This document shows positions 7,582 to 16,441 of a stretch of DNA of 24,471 nucleotides, piece by piece (position 1 is the stretch's first letter; the number at the start of each line of letters is the position of its first letter). The notes under the pieces are model-generated. The model saw nothing but the letters and a program-made list of their open reading frames with translations. It searched no databases and was not told where the DNA came from. The stretch covers positions 1-24,471 of the forward strand of contig JBHLMQ010000046.1 in the NCBI GenBank assembly GCA_048938005.1, in the 5' to 3' direction. Position numbers and translations under genes: made by a program. Source of the stretch: Promethearchaeota archaeon (lineage in GTDB: Archaea > Asgardarchaeota > Lokiarchaeia > Sigyniarchaeales > SOKP01).

Positions 7582-9012
7582 ATGTCATTTCTAACAGGAA
7601 AAATTGATAAACTAACTTATGGTGTAATAGTTGGTAACCGCGATGTTTTTCCGGATAACCTCGCTAGAGAAGGAAGACTTGCAATTATAGAGGTTTTAAA
7701 TGAAATGGGCTATGAATACGTTATTTTAAATGAAGATAATACTAAATATGGTGTTGTAGAAACTTACCAAGACGCAAAAAAATGCGCTGAATTATTTAAA
7801 GCAAATAAGGATAAGATTTATGGAATTTTAGTAATATTACCTAATTTTGGAGATGAAAAAGGAATTGCAAATACGTTGAAATTATCAAATCTTAATGTTC
7901 CTGTTTTAATTCATGCCTCTTCAGATGAAATTGATAAAATGGATCGAACTCATCGGAGAGATGCATTTTGTGGAAAAATATCTGTTACCAATGTGCTATA
8001 TCAGTATGGAATTCCATTCACATTAACCAAATATCATACTTGTCCTATAAAGTCTGAGATATTTAAAGAAGATTTAAAGAGATTTGAGAAGATTTGTAAA
8101 ATTGTAAAAAAAGTTAAAGGAGCAAGATTAGGTCAAATTGGAACAAGACCGAATGCATTTGAAACTGTTCGATATAGCGAAAAAATCTTGGAATTTAATG
8201 GAATAAGCATAGAACCTATAGATTTATCTGAGATTCTTGGCAATATTAACCATTTAAATGATGATAATCCAAAAGTAAGAAAGAAGATTGAATTTATAAA
8301 GAGTTATACCTCTACAACTAAATTTCCCGAAGATCGTGTTATTAAATTAGCAAAACTAGCGGTTATCATTGAAAATTGGATACAAGAAAATGAATTGGAT
8401 GGCTTTGCTTTTCAATGTTGGCCTTCAATACAAGATAACTTTGGGATTGTCCCATGTGCTGTTATGAGTATGTTTAGCGAAGGGCTTATACCAGCGGCTT
8501 GTGAAGTTGATATTCCAGGACTATTAGGCATGTTAATATTACAAATCGCATCTGAAACACCATCAGCTATTTTAGATTGGAATAATAATTATGGTAATGA
8601 TCCAAATAAAATGGTGTTATTTCATTGTAGCAACCTTCCTAAATCATTCTTTCAAGACACAAGAATGACGATTCATCCTATAATGTCTGATCAAAAGGGA
8701 GAAGAAGTTACTTTCGGAGCTATACAAGGAAGAATTAAAGATAAATCTTGCACACTTTTAAGAATGGAAACTGACGATATATATGGAGAATTGAAGGGAA
8801 TATTAGTGGAAGGAAAATATACTAATGACTCATTAGACACATATGGTGGTTTTGGAGTAGTTGAAATTTCTAATCTACAAGGATTATTAAAATCTTTATG
8901 CTTAGGGGGTTTTGCTCATCATGTAGCAGTGACTTTAAATCATGTTGGAGATGTTGTTTATGAGGCTTTAAGCACATATTTAGGTTTAGAAATTGAATAT
9001 CACAAACCATAA
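7582..9012 (+). CDS. L-fucose/L-arabinose isomerase family protein
   Basis: Motifs RRDAFCGKISV, QCWP, ACEVD, FHCSN and GFAHHVA; GGGAG upstream of the ATG. Confidence 0.85.
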   Translation: MSFLTGKIDKLTYGVIVGNRDVFPDNLAREGRLAIIEVLNEMGYEYVILNEDNTKYGVVETYQDAKKCAELFKANKDKIYGILVILPNFGDEKGIANTLKLSNLNVPVLIHASSDEIDKMDRTHRRDAFCGKISVTNVLYQYGIPFTLTKYHTCPIKSEIFKEDLKRFEKICKIVKKVKGARLGQIGTRPNAFETVRYSEKILEFNGISIEPIDLSEILGNINHLNDDNPKVRKKIEFIKSYTSTTKFPEDRVIKLAKLAVIIENWIQENELDGFAFQCWPSIQDNFGIVPCAVMSMFSEGLIPAACEVDIPGLLGMLILQIASETPSAILDWNNNYGNDPNKMVLFHCSNLPKSFFQDTRMTIHPIMSDQKGEEVTFGAIQGRIKDKSCTLLRMETDDIYGELKGILVEGKYTNDSLDTYGGFGVVEISNLQGLLKSLCLGGFAHHVAVTLNHVGDVVYEALSTYLGLEIEYHKP

Positions 9013-9021
9013 AAAAATTTT

Positions 9022-10116
9022 TCATTTTTTTCTTTTTATTAAGAATTCTTTTTGAAAAAATCCTGACTTTATAATGTTCTCTTTTTCTTCATTTAAATGC
9101 GTAAAGATTTGAAAGGGATAAATAATTTGGCTTTTATCCTGATAATCTAAAATTCTATTTCTTGTTAAATATATTGAATATTTTGAGACATCACAGCCAA
9201 TCCACCTACGTTTTAATTTCTCAGCAGAAAGAATAGTTGTACCAGAACCGCAGAAAAAATCAGCAATTAAATCACCTTCATTCGATCCAAGTTTGATTAT
9301 TCTTTCAAGCAAATCATGGTGTTTTTGAGTAGGAAATCCTGTCCATTCCTTTGAAGCTGGTTGTAAACAAGGAATCTTCCATACATCATCTAACTTTTTA
9401 TCTTTAACAATTCGATATCTTACATGTCCATTCTCATCTTTTACATTCTTTAATACCCCATTCACCATTTCTCTTCTTAGCTGTTTTATCGGCTTTTTAC
9501 GAGCTATCCTTAACTCGTTAAATGTATAATCTTTTGTCTTGGAATATACTAAGATATCATCATGGGCTCTCGGTAAATTCTTTTTCCCTGCAGAGAATTT
9601 ATTAAAATAATACCATACAATATTATTTACAAATCTACTTTGTCCAAACACCTCATCTAAAATAAGTTGGATATAATGGCTAGCATGCCAATCTAAATGA
9701 ATAAATAATAATCCCCTCTTTGAGAGTAATCTTCTAAATAAGACTATCCGTTCATAAAGCATTTGTAAATAAGAATCTAAATCATTATTCCAGTGATCAA
9801 GATATGCAATAGAATCATATAGTTCGTTATCTTGCTCTATTTTGATTTGATAATTAGTTCCAGAGAAGAATGGGGGATCAATGTAAATTAAATCTATTTT
9901 TTCTTTAAAATTGTTTAATAAAAAATATAAAATTTCTAAGTTATCTCCCCAAAATAGCTTATTCGCCCAAAATTTAGATTTATCGATTTCAATTAATTTT
10001 TCATTATTATTAAACGAATAACTTTCAAAAGCTTTAAAAAAATTAAGAGTATATTTTTTTAGGTCTTCTGATTTATATACCTTATCTATTTTATTGTCCC
10101 AAATTAATTTAGGCAT
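9022..10116 (-). CDS. Site-specific DNA methyltransferase (N6-adenine/N4-cytosine, beta class, Mod-like)
   Basis: GDNL, IYIDPPF (motif IV) precedes DVW...FPTQK and DFFCGSGTT (motif I), which is the beta-class motif order. Confidence 0.92.
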   Translation of the reverse strand: MPKLIWDNKIDKVYKSEDLKKYTLNFFKAFESYSFNNNEKLIEIDKSKFWANKLFWGDNLEILYFLLNNFKEKIDLIYIDPPFFSGTNYQIKIEQDNELYDSIAYLDHWNNDLDSYLQMLYERIVLFRRLLSKRGLLFIHLDWHASHYIQLILDEVFGQSRFVNNIVWYYFNKFSAGKKNLPRAHDDILVYSKTKDYTFNELRIARKKPIKQLRREMVNGVLKNVKDENGHVRYRIVKDKKLDDVWKIPCLQPASKEWTGFPTQKHHDLLERIIKLGSNEGDLIADFFCGSGTTILSAEKLKRRWIGCDVSKYSIYLTRNRILDYQDKSQIIYPFQIFTHLNEEKENIIKSGFFQKEFLIKRKK

Positions 10117-10141
10117 TCTAATTATAAAAAAAATTTATTTT

Positions 10142-10807
10142 CTAAATTTCTTTTTTTTCTAATAGATCATCAAACTCTCTATCTGATAAAAATCCTTTAT
10201 GGATCATAATATCTTTGATATTTTCAATGAGTTGGGGCGCTCCTTTAGCCTCTCCAATTGTTTGCTTAAGTAAAGTCACTTTTTCATTAAGTTCTTTGAC
10301 TTCTTTTAATTTAGCATCTCTTTCTTCTTTAATGGTTTCTACTTCTACATATTTATCTGAAACTGCTTTTTGTAAATCACTTTTAAGGCTCTCGATTTCA
10401 TTTATTTTCTGCTGTAAATCTGCTTTAATATCTTCCTTCTCTTTTAATTCATTTTCTACTTCTGATATCTTAGAACTAGATTCATTAAGCTTGGATTCTA
10501 AGGCTTGTTTTGCCGATTTTAGTTTATTAATTTCAGCCTCAGCATAAAGTTTTTCTTCTTTCACGCGTTCAAAATTCTTTTTTAAAGAATTTATACTTTC
10601 CTCCAAATTTTCATCCTTTTTTTTCGTTTCAGAGAGAGTTTCTTTGGTTGTTTTTAAGTCGCCTGAAGATTTTTCTAAATCTTTTATTTTTTGGGCTAAT
10701 TGTTTTTCTAGACTATTAATCTTGGATCTAAGGTCTAACAACACTTTTCCTTCAATGGATAATTTTTTATCCGGGCGTGCTTCGGCTTTTGCCCAGTCAA
10801 TACTCAA
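10142..10807 (-). CDS. Coiled-coil protein with conserved N-terminal head and C-terminal KGFLSDxEF tail
   Basis: TTG start with GGTGA upstream, long K/E/L heptad region, paralogous to the adjacent gene. Confidence 0.8.
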   Translation of the reverse strand: MSIDWAKAEARPDKKLSIEGKVLLDLRSKINSLEKQLAQKIKDLEKSSGDLKTTKETLSETKKKDENLEESINSLKKNFERVKEEKLYAEAEINKLKSAKQALESKLNESSSKISEVENELKEKEDIKADLQQKINEIESLKSDLQKAVSDKYVEVETIKEERDAKLKEVKELNEKVTLLKQTIGEAKGAPQLIENIKDIMIHKGFLSDREFDDLLEKKEI

Positions 10808-10945
10808 CTTTTAATTTTCACCATATTTTGTTTTTAAAGATTTTAATTTATATTGCTATATATTTATTTTCTTAAAATTGATTATTTATAAATTTTACAA
10901 TAAAGTATTTATTTAAGTTTAAATGTTATTGTCATTGAATTATTT

Positions 10946-11695
10946 TTATTCTTCTAATTCGTTTAACATCTGCTCGAATTCTTTATCAGATAAAAATCCT
11001 TTAATTTCTATTAACTTTTTTATTTCTTCTATTATTTTGGATGCAATTATAGCGATTGACATTTGAGCTTTAAAAGAGTTAAATTTTTCAATTTGCTCCT
11101 TCGTTTTATTTTTCTCCACGTTCAACTTTTCCTTTAGAAAATCGACCTCTTTTTGTCTATGATTTATTCTATCTTTAAGATCTTGGATTTCTTTTTCTTT
11201 GTTTAAAAGTTCCTTTGCTTTGTTTAATATCTCCTCCCCTTTGTTTTGAATTTCTTTATCTCTTATTAAAATTTTCTTTTCCATTTCAGCAAAATTTTCT
11301 GCGGTGTTTTTCAATTGATTTTCAAGGATAGTAATTTTAGCTATAGCTTCAGTGAGATTTATTTCTAATTTCGATTTATCAGTTTTCAATTTAGCTACTT
11401 CTATATCTACTTGTAATTTTTCTTCTTTAACCTCATCTAGAGATTTTCTTGCTATAGATTTTCTTTCCGTAAGTTCCATCAAACTTCTTTCACGACCTGC
11501 CAATTTCTCTTTTATTAAGTTTGCTTCATTATTTACTTTATTCAGAATTTCTTGATTCTTTGTTAATTGCTGTTCTAAGTCTTCTATTTTAGATCTAAAT
11601 TCCAATAAGACTTTTCCTTCGATAGATATCTTCTTATTAGGTTTTTCTTCTAGCTTTATCCAATCAAGACTAATCTTTTCCCACCTTTGTATCAT
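10946..11695 (-). CDS. Coiled-coil protein, tandem paralog of 10142..10807
   Basis: Shares DW.K.E..P.KK.SIEGKVLL..RSKI, VKEEKL and KGFLSD.EF with its neighbour. The start may be ATT at 11674. Confidence 0.8.
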   Translation of the reverse strand: MIQRWEKISLDWIKLEEKPNKKISIEGKVLLEFRSKIEDLEQQLTKNQEILNKVNNEANLIKEKLAGRERSLMELTERKSIARKSLDEVKEEKLQVDIEVAKLKTDKSKLEINLTEAIAKITILENQLKNTAENFAEMEKKILIRDKEIQNKGEEILNKAKELLNKEKEIQDLKDRINHRQKEVDFLKEKLNVEKNKTKEQIEKFNSFKAQMSIAIIASKIIEEIKKLIEIKGFLSDKEFEQMLNELEE

Positions 11696-11853
11696 GGATT
11701 TGAATTGAAAGTAATTTCATCGTGATTTTATAAAATCATTCTATACCTTTCTTAAAAACTTTAGAGTAAATATAATTTTTTATAAAAATTAATTATTTCA
11801 GTTTAAAAAAATATCGAATCATTAAAATAAAATGATATTCAGTTTTACAATAA

Positions 11854-12657
11854 ATGACTAAAATTTCAATCGGAACCGCTGGATGGGATTATAAAGATTG
11901 GATTGGTCCATTTTATCCAAAAAAGTTAGAAAAATCCCAACATTTAGAATACTTCTCTAAAATCTTTAACCTTGTTGAAATTAATTCTACTTTCTATAAC
12001 CTACCCTCTGAAGAAATGGTAATTAATTGGAATAAGCGTGTCCCAAAAAATTTTCGGTTTATAGTCAAAGTATGGCAAAAAATTACTCATAATCTAGAAG
12101 ATCCTGATTTAGATTCATATATCCTCGAATTCTTCTCTAGATTGAAGTTATTAAATCCCAAGATTGCCGGATTTTTATTACAATTTCCTCCTTGGTTTAA
12201 GTATTCAGAAATTCATTTATTAAAATTGAACAAAGTTTTAAGAGAAATTCCGTCAGAATATAAATACATTATCGAATTACGAGATAATTCTTGGTTAGAC
12301 CCTCAAATTCTTACTAAATTTATAGATGGAAATCAGAAAATACTTGGCACTACCTATAAGCCTGGAATTACGCCATATTATTTAATAAATCAAAATTATT
12401 ATTATATAAGACTTATAGGAGATCGAGAGCTTACTATCTTTAATCATGTTCAAAGAGATCAAATAGAAGCATTAAATAATCTTGAAAAAAATATTCAAAA
12501 CCTATTAAAAATTTCAAAGATCTATGAAATATTTATTATAGTTAACAATCATTTCGCTGGATTTGCCCCCGAGTCCGCAAATGACCTAAAAAAGAAGTGG
12601 GGTCTGTCTTATCGAGTATTCAACAAACAAAAAAGATTAGTTGATTTTTTGGAATAA
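11854..12657 (+). CDS. DUF72 (YecE-like) family protein with C-terminal PIP-box-like motif
   Basis: Motifs IGTAGWDYKDW..FYP, VEINSTFY, KITH, LLQFPP, ELR..SW, YIRL.G and NNH..G.AP. Confidence 0.92.
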   Translation: MTKISIGTAGWDYKDWIGPFYPKKLEKSQHLEYFSKIFNLVEINSTFYNLPSEEMVINWNKRVPKNFRFIVKVWQKITHNLEDPDLDSYILEFFSRLKLLNPKIAGFLLQFPPWFKYSEIHLLKLNKVLREIPSEYKYIIELRDNSWLDPQILTKFIDGNQKILGTTYKPGITPYYLINQNYYYIRLIGDRELTIFNHVQRDQIEALNNLEKNIQNLLKISKIYEIFIIVNNHFAGFAPESANDLKKKWGLSYRVFNKQKRLVDFLE

Positions 12658-12693
12658 GAAAGCTTTAAATATATTTAGTTTGACTATTTTTGT

Positions 12694-13929
12694 ATGGTTG
12701 TATTCATTGAGAATCTTAAAAAGGTATTTATCAATTGGCGTTTAGCAGTAATAGTAATTTGGCTGTTAATAGGAGTAGCTATAATCCCTTCTCCCAATCC
12801 AACTGTTTCTTTAATAGGTATTATAATCTTCTTTCCATTTTTAGTATTTTTAATGTTCTTATTTTTACTTTCTCTTATATCAAAGAAGGATATCTTTGAA
12901 TACCCCACATGGAAAATAGTTTTATTTTTAGTAATTTCTTTACCAATCATGCTACTGATTTCAATAGTTTTGATAGTCTTATTTATTGCGTCTGTAATTT
13001 CGTATTTCTTCTTTACTTCTTGGTTTATTTTATATGGATGTTATTTAATGGGGAAAAGAGTTGATACACATACATTTAAAACTCCAAAACTAAGACCCCT
13101 TATAAGAACCATTGCATTTTTTGGAGGATTCACATTATCTATACTATTATTATATCTGTTTATTATAGGACCAACATTAATTGATCTTTCTGGCCTAACA
13201 GCAGATCCTTTTGAAATCCCATTGTATTTTAACATTGTTTATGTGCTTGTTGGAGCAGTTCTTATCGGACTTGCAATTACCTGTATAGTGTTGATGTTTA
13301 AAAAAATCTTTAATGCTTGGTTTGGAGGTTTTGCAATATTAGTCTCCGTTTATACATTATATCTTGTAATAAAGATCTATCTTGGTTTAGTTGATACTAA
13401 CCCAGAAGAATTTGTTTCCATTGGGGCATATATTGTAATGATAATTCCTGATCTATTTATTATTTTCTACACTCTAAGTACTCTAATGGGCTCACAGGCA
13501 GAGTTTTTAAGCAAAAGACTTAAAAGATTTGGCCTTGATACTATCATTATTTGGTTAATTCTTTCAAAAGTAACTTATGAATTTATCCATTATTTTCCTT
13601 ATGATATTTTTACAGCCATAAATATTCCTTGGTTGCAATGGTTCTCTAATATAGATAACATTATTATAAATAACATAAAAAATATAGCTGTATTGATATT
13701 TTTTGTTGCACTTTTAGTTATAATAGGAATATATGAAATTAGGAAATACAGTTTAGCAAAGAAAGAATTAAAAGCGGAAGTTGAGGTTGAAGTCAAGAAG
13801 CTTTTAACTCCTCAACTTATTATTGAAGAACCAAAGCCTATTATAGAAGAAAATGAGACATTAGAAGATATCAGCACTAAGGATTATGAAAAAGATACTG
13901 AATATAGAAATAACAATGAAACAGAGTAA
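12694..13929 (+). CDS. Polytopic membrane protein of unknown function with acidic C-terminal tail
   Basis: 411-aa ORF with roughly 10-11 hydrophobic segments and a Glu-rich tail; no family recognised. Confidence 0.7.
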   Translation: MVVFIENLKKVFINWRLAVIVIWLLIGVAIIPSPNPTVSLIGIIIFFPFLVFLMFLFLLSLISKKDIFEYPTWKIVLFLVISLPIMLLISIVLIVLFIASVISYFFFTSWFILYGCYLMGKRVDTHTFKTPKLRPLIRTIAFFGGFTLSILLLYLFIIGPTLIDLSGLTADPFEIPLYFNIVYVLVGAVLIGLAITCIVLMFKKIFNAWFGGFAILVSVYTLYLVIKIYLGLVDTNPEEFVSIGAYIVMIIPDLFIIFYTLSTLMGSQAEFLSKRLKRFGLDTIIIWLILSKVTYEFIHYFPYDIFTAINIPWLQWFSNIDNIIINNIKNIAVLIFFVALLVIIGIYEIRKYSLAKKELKAEVEVEVKKLLTPQLIIEEPKPIIEENETLEDISTKDYEKDTEYRNNNETE

Positions 13930-14038
13930 TATAAGTCTCTAAGATTTTTTAAAACTCTATTTATTTTATAATTAAAACACTTCTTTAAAATAAATTAAAA
14001 ATTTCCCATAGATTAATAGTTTAATAATTAGTTTTATT

Positions 14039-14082
14039 AAACACTAATTCAAAAAATGTCATACTTAATCTAATTAGTGTTT
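14039..14082. repeat. Inverted repeat, 11-bp perfect arms with 22-nt spacer
   Basis: aaacactaatt (14039-14049) and aattagtgttt (14072-14082), ending 3 nt before the ATG at 14086. Confidence 0.6.
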
Positions 14083-14085
14083 CAA

Positions 14086-14604
14086 ATGAGTAACTTTAAA
14101 GTTAGTTCTGAAGAATTATTTCTTAAGAAATTTGAAAAATTAGCATTGAAGATCGAACAGTTGACAGATGAAATTTCAAAAATGAAGGTAAAATTAGATA
14201 AGAATTACAAGCTTAATAGAACATTTGGTCTAAAAACTATCAGAAATTCCGAACCATTACAATTTGCTAGAGATGTCATGGGTATTGGAAGCCCTACTAA
14301 AAGATACTTGTTATCTTTAAGAGCAATAACCGAAGAATGGAAAGGAAGAAAAAATGATATTTTAGTTACGATAAGACAACAAGAAAAAGAAACGCATATG
14401 GATTTGAAAGCTCTTGGTATTAGAATTCCAATTAATGATATTAAGAATATTCGTGTTCTAGCTAAACAAATACTCTCATTATTATATATTTCCTGCGAGT
14501 TAAGTGGACTTGCCATCAACGAGATTCTTAGGGAAATAATAACTGAGATAAACAATGAAGGACATAAAATGGTTCAAGAAATTAAACAGAAAATGGTTTT
14601 TTAA
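14086..14604 (+). CDS. Hypothetical protein: N-terminal coiled coil plus possible PC4/YdbC-like ssDNA-binding domain
   Basis: The ORF track starts at GTG 14077; the in-frame ATG at 14086 is preferred. The segment EEWKGR...LVTIRQ...GIRIP-helix resembles the PC4 strand pattern. Confidence 0.6.
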   Translation: MSNFKVSSEELFLKKFEKLALKIEQLTDEISKMKVKLDKNYKLNRTFGLKTIRNSEPLQFARDVMGIGSPTKRYLLSLRAITEEWKGRKNDILVTIRQQEKETHMDLKALGIRIPINDIKNIRVLAKQILSLLYISCELSGLAINEILREIITEINNEGHKMVQEIKQKMVF

Positions 14605-14833
14605 GGATTCTTCAGTAACGACTATTTTATCACCTTTTCAATAGAAAAAATTGAAAAAAAATCTTTAAGATTAATATAAAAATTTCGTGAAATTCTTGTT
14701 TTACGAATAAAAAAGTAAACTTGCCAAATCGTAAATTTTAGAGTTTTATTAACCGTAAGAAATATATTAAGATCGATTTAAATGATTAATCATTGAAATT
14801 TAAATTATTAAAAATTCAAAAGAGTGTGAAAAA

Positions 14834-15631
14834 ATGGATTATAAAGAAATAATTTTTGAAAAAAAGGACAGAATTGCTCGCGTTACAATTAATCGACCTC
14901 AACGTTATAATGCATGCAATCTACAAGCTGTACATGAATTAATCGATGCTTTCAATCAATGTTGGGATGACGAAATTGGTGTTGTAGTTTTCACAGGAGT
15001 GGGAGAAAAAGCTTTTTGTACTGGAGGTGACCAAACAACTAGGGATAAAGGGGGTTACGAAGGAGAATTGTTATTACCGTTAGAAGTAGGTTGGCAACGA
15101 GTGACATATCTGATCCGTACACTGCCCAAACCAGTAATTGCTCGAATCAATGGCTATGCGATTGGAGGAGGGCATGTATGGCATGTTAATTGTGATCTTA
15201 GCATAGCAGCAGAACACGCACAGCTGGGTCAAGCAGGACCACGAGTTGGTTCATTTGATCCAGGTTTTGGTACAGGAGATCTAATGAGATCGGTCGGAAT
15301 TAAGCGTGCAAAAGAAATCTGGTACTTATGCCGTCGATATACAGCAAAGCAAGCTCTCGAGATGGGACTTGTGAATACTGTAGTTCCTTATGAAAAATTA
15401 GATGATGAAGTTGATCAATGGTGTCAAGAATTGTTAGAAAAGAGTCCAACAGCTCTAAAAATGTTAAAATATGCATTCTTAGCTGAGACTGATGGTGTAA
15501 CAGGAATAACTCAGTTGGGTGTTGGAGGATTATCACTTTACTATGGTACTGAAGAAGCAGTTGAGGGAAAAAATGCCTTTATTGAGAAACGTAAACCTAA
15601 TTTCAATCAATTTAGGAAGAAATTAGCATAG
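14834..15631 (+). CDS. menB: Crotonase-family enzyme, MenB (1,4-dihydroxy-2-naphthoyl-CoA synthase)/BadI-like
   Basis: Motifs AFCTGGDQ..R..GGY, PKPVIA..GYAIGGGH, GQ.GP.VGSFD, EIWYLCR.Y and LYY.TEEA.EG..AF.EKR.P.F. Some positions (CTGGDQ, DPG.GT) are BadI-like, so the menB symbol is provisional. Confidence 0.75.
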   Translation: MDYKEIIFEKKDRIARVTINRPQRYNACNLQAVHELIDAFNQCWDDEIGVVVFTGVGEKAFCTGGDQTTRDKGGYEGELLLPLEVGWQRVTYLIRTLPKPVIARINGYAIGGGHVWHVNCDLSIAAEHAQLGQAGPRVGSFDPGFGTGDLMRSVGIKRAKEIWYLCRRYTAKQALEMGLVNTVVPYEKLDDEVDQWCQELLEKSPTALKMLKYAFLAETDGVTGITQLGVGGLSLYYGTEEAVEGKNAFIEKRKPNFNQFRKKLA

Positions 15632-15909
15632 ATTATAAAGAAATATTTACAATTTTTATGATCTTTTTATTTCTTGAAAAAAATTTTTTTTATATTTTAA
15701 TTTAAACATATTATATTAAAATTCTCTTTATTATAGATAAATTTTATATCACAAATGTGTATTAATATAACGAAATATTCAGTCTTTGCTAATTTTTTAA
15801 TATAAAAAGTTAAATTAATTATTTGAAATATAAGATCCTTAGGAAAAATTTATTAGGGGATTCTAAAATTAAAAACCTCTTCTTCTAAATACCACTAAGT
15901 TAAGAAAAA

Positions 15910-16410
15910 ATGAGTGATACAAGGTTAACCAAAGATAATTTGGAACTTGAAACCAAAAATAACAGCGTAAATAAAGTTGATAAAAATTATAGCGATTTAC
16001 AAAAAAAGATCCATAAATTAAAGAATGATAATCAAATTTTAATCAAAGAAAATGGAATATTAAAAAATTTAATCATAGAGAATACAAAGCCAAAATTCAA
16101 AGGTTCATTAATAGAAGGAGATCTTTTAAAGCCTGTTGTTAAATACCCTAAAATCGGAAAAAGTTTCTATATCCAAATCTTCCTAGGAATCTTTGTTATT
16201 ATATTGTCATTAGGATTCCATATTTTATACTTATCGGTAACGAGTTGTTTAACCTATTCGGATGGAAATACTAATTGCTGGATTGTTAATTGGTTAGGAA
16301 TTGATATACATGCCAGCTTTTACCTCGATGTTTTTTTATATTCATTAATAGCTATTCAAATAACATTAATATTCTTAATAATTCGTACAAAGCTCAATAG
16401 ACTGTATTAA
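15910..16410 (+). CDS. Hypothetical membrane protein: N-terminal coiled coil and two C-terminal TM helices
   Basis: Heptad segment LQKKIHKLKNDNQILIKENGILK; two hydrophobic helices joined by a loop containing two Cys. Confidence 0.65.
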   Translation: MSDTRLTKDNLELETKNNSVNKVDKNYSDLQKKIHKLKNDNQILIKENGILKNLIIENTKPKFKGSLIEGDLLKPVVKYPKIGKSFYIQIFLGIFVIILSLGFHILYLSVTSCLTYSDGNTNCWIVNWLGIDIHASFYLDVFLYSLIAIQITLIFLIIRTKLNRLY

Positions 16411-16441
16411 AAATTAAAGCTAAGTAATATCGATCAATTTT

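Noticed and set aside
10215-11555. Ser/Phe/Leu-rich plus-strand ORFs 10215..10547 and 11352..11555
   Set aside because: Their composition is the reverse complement of Lys/Glu codons in the coiled-coil genes.
12684-15536. Minus-strand ORFs 12684..12950, 13041..13235, 13599..13796, 14205..14555 and 15300..15536
   Set aside because: Antisense to longer, better-supported genes.
15632-15909. Long AT-rich intergenic region as an ncRNA, CRISPR array or origin
   Set aside because: No GC-rich stems, regularly spaced direct repeats or ORB-like G-strings were seen; it is consistent with a terminator plus promoter.
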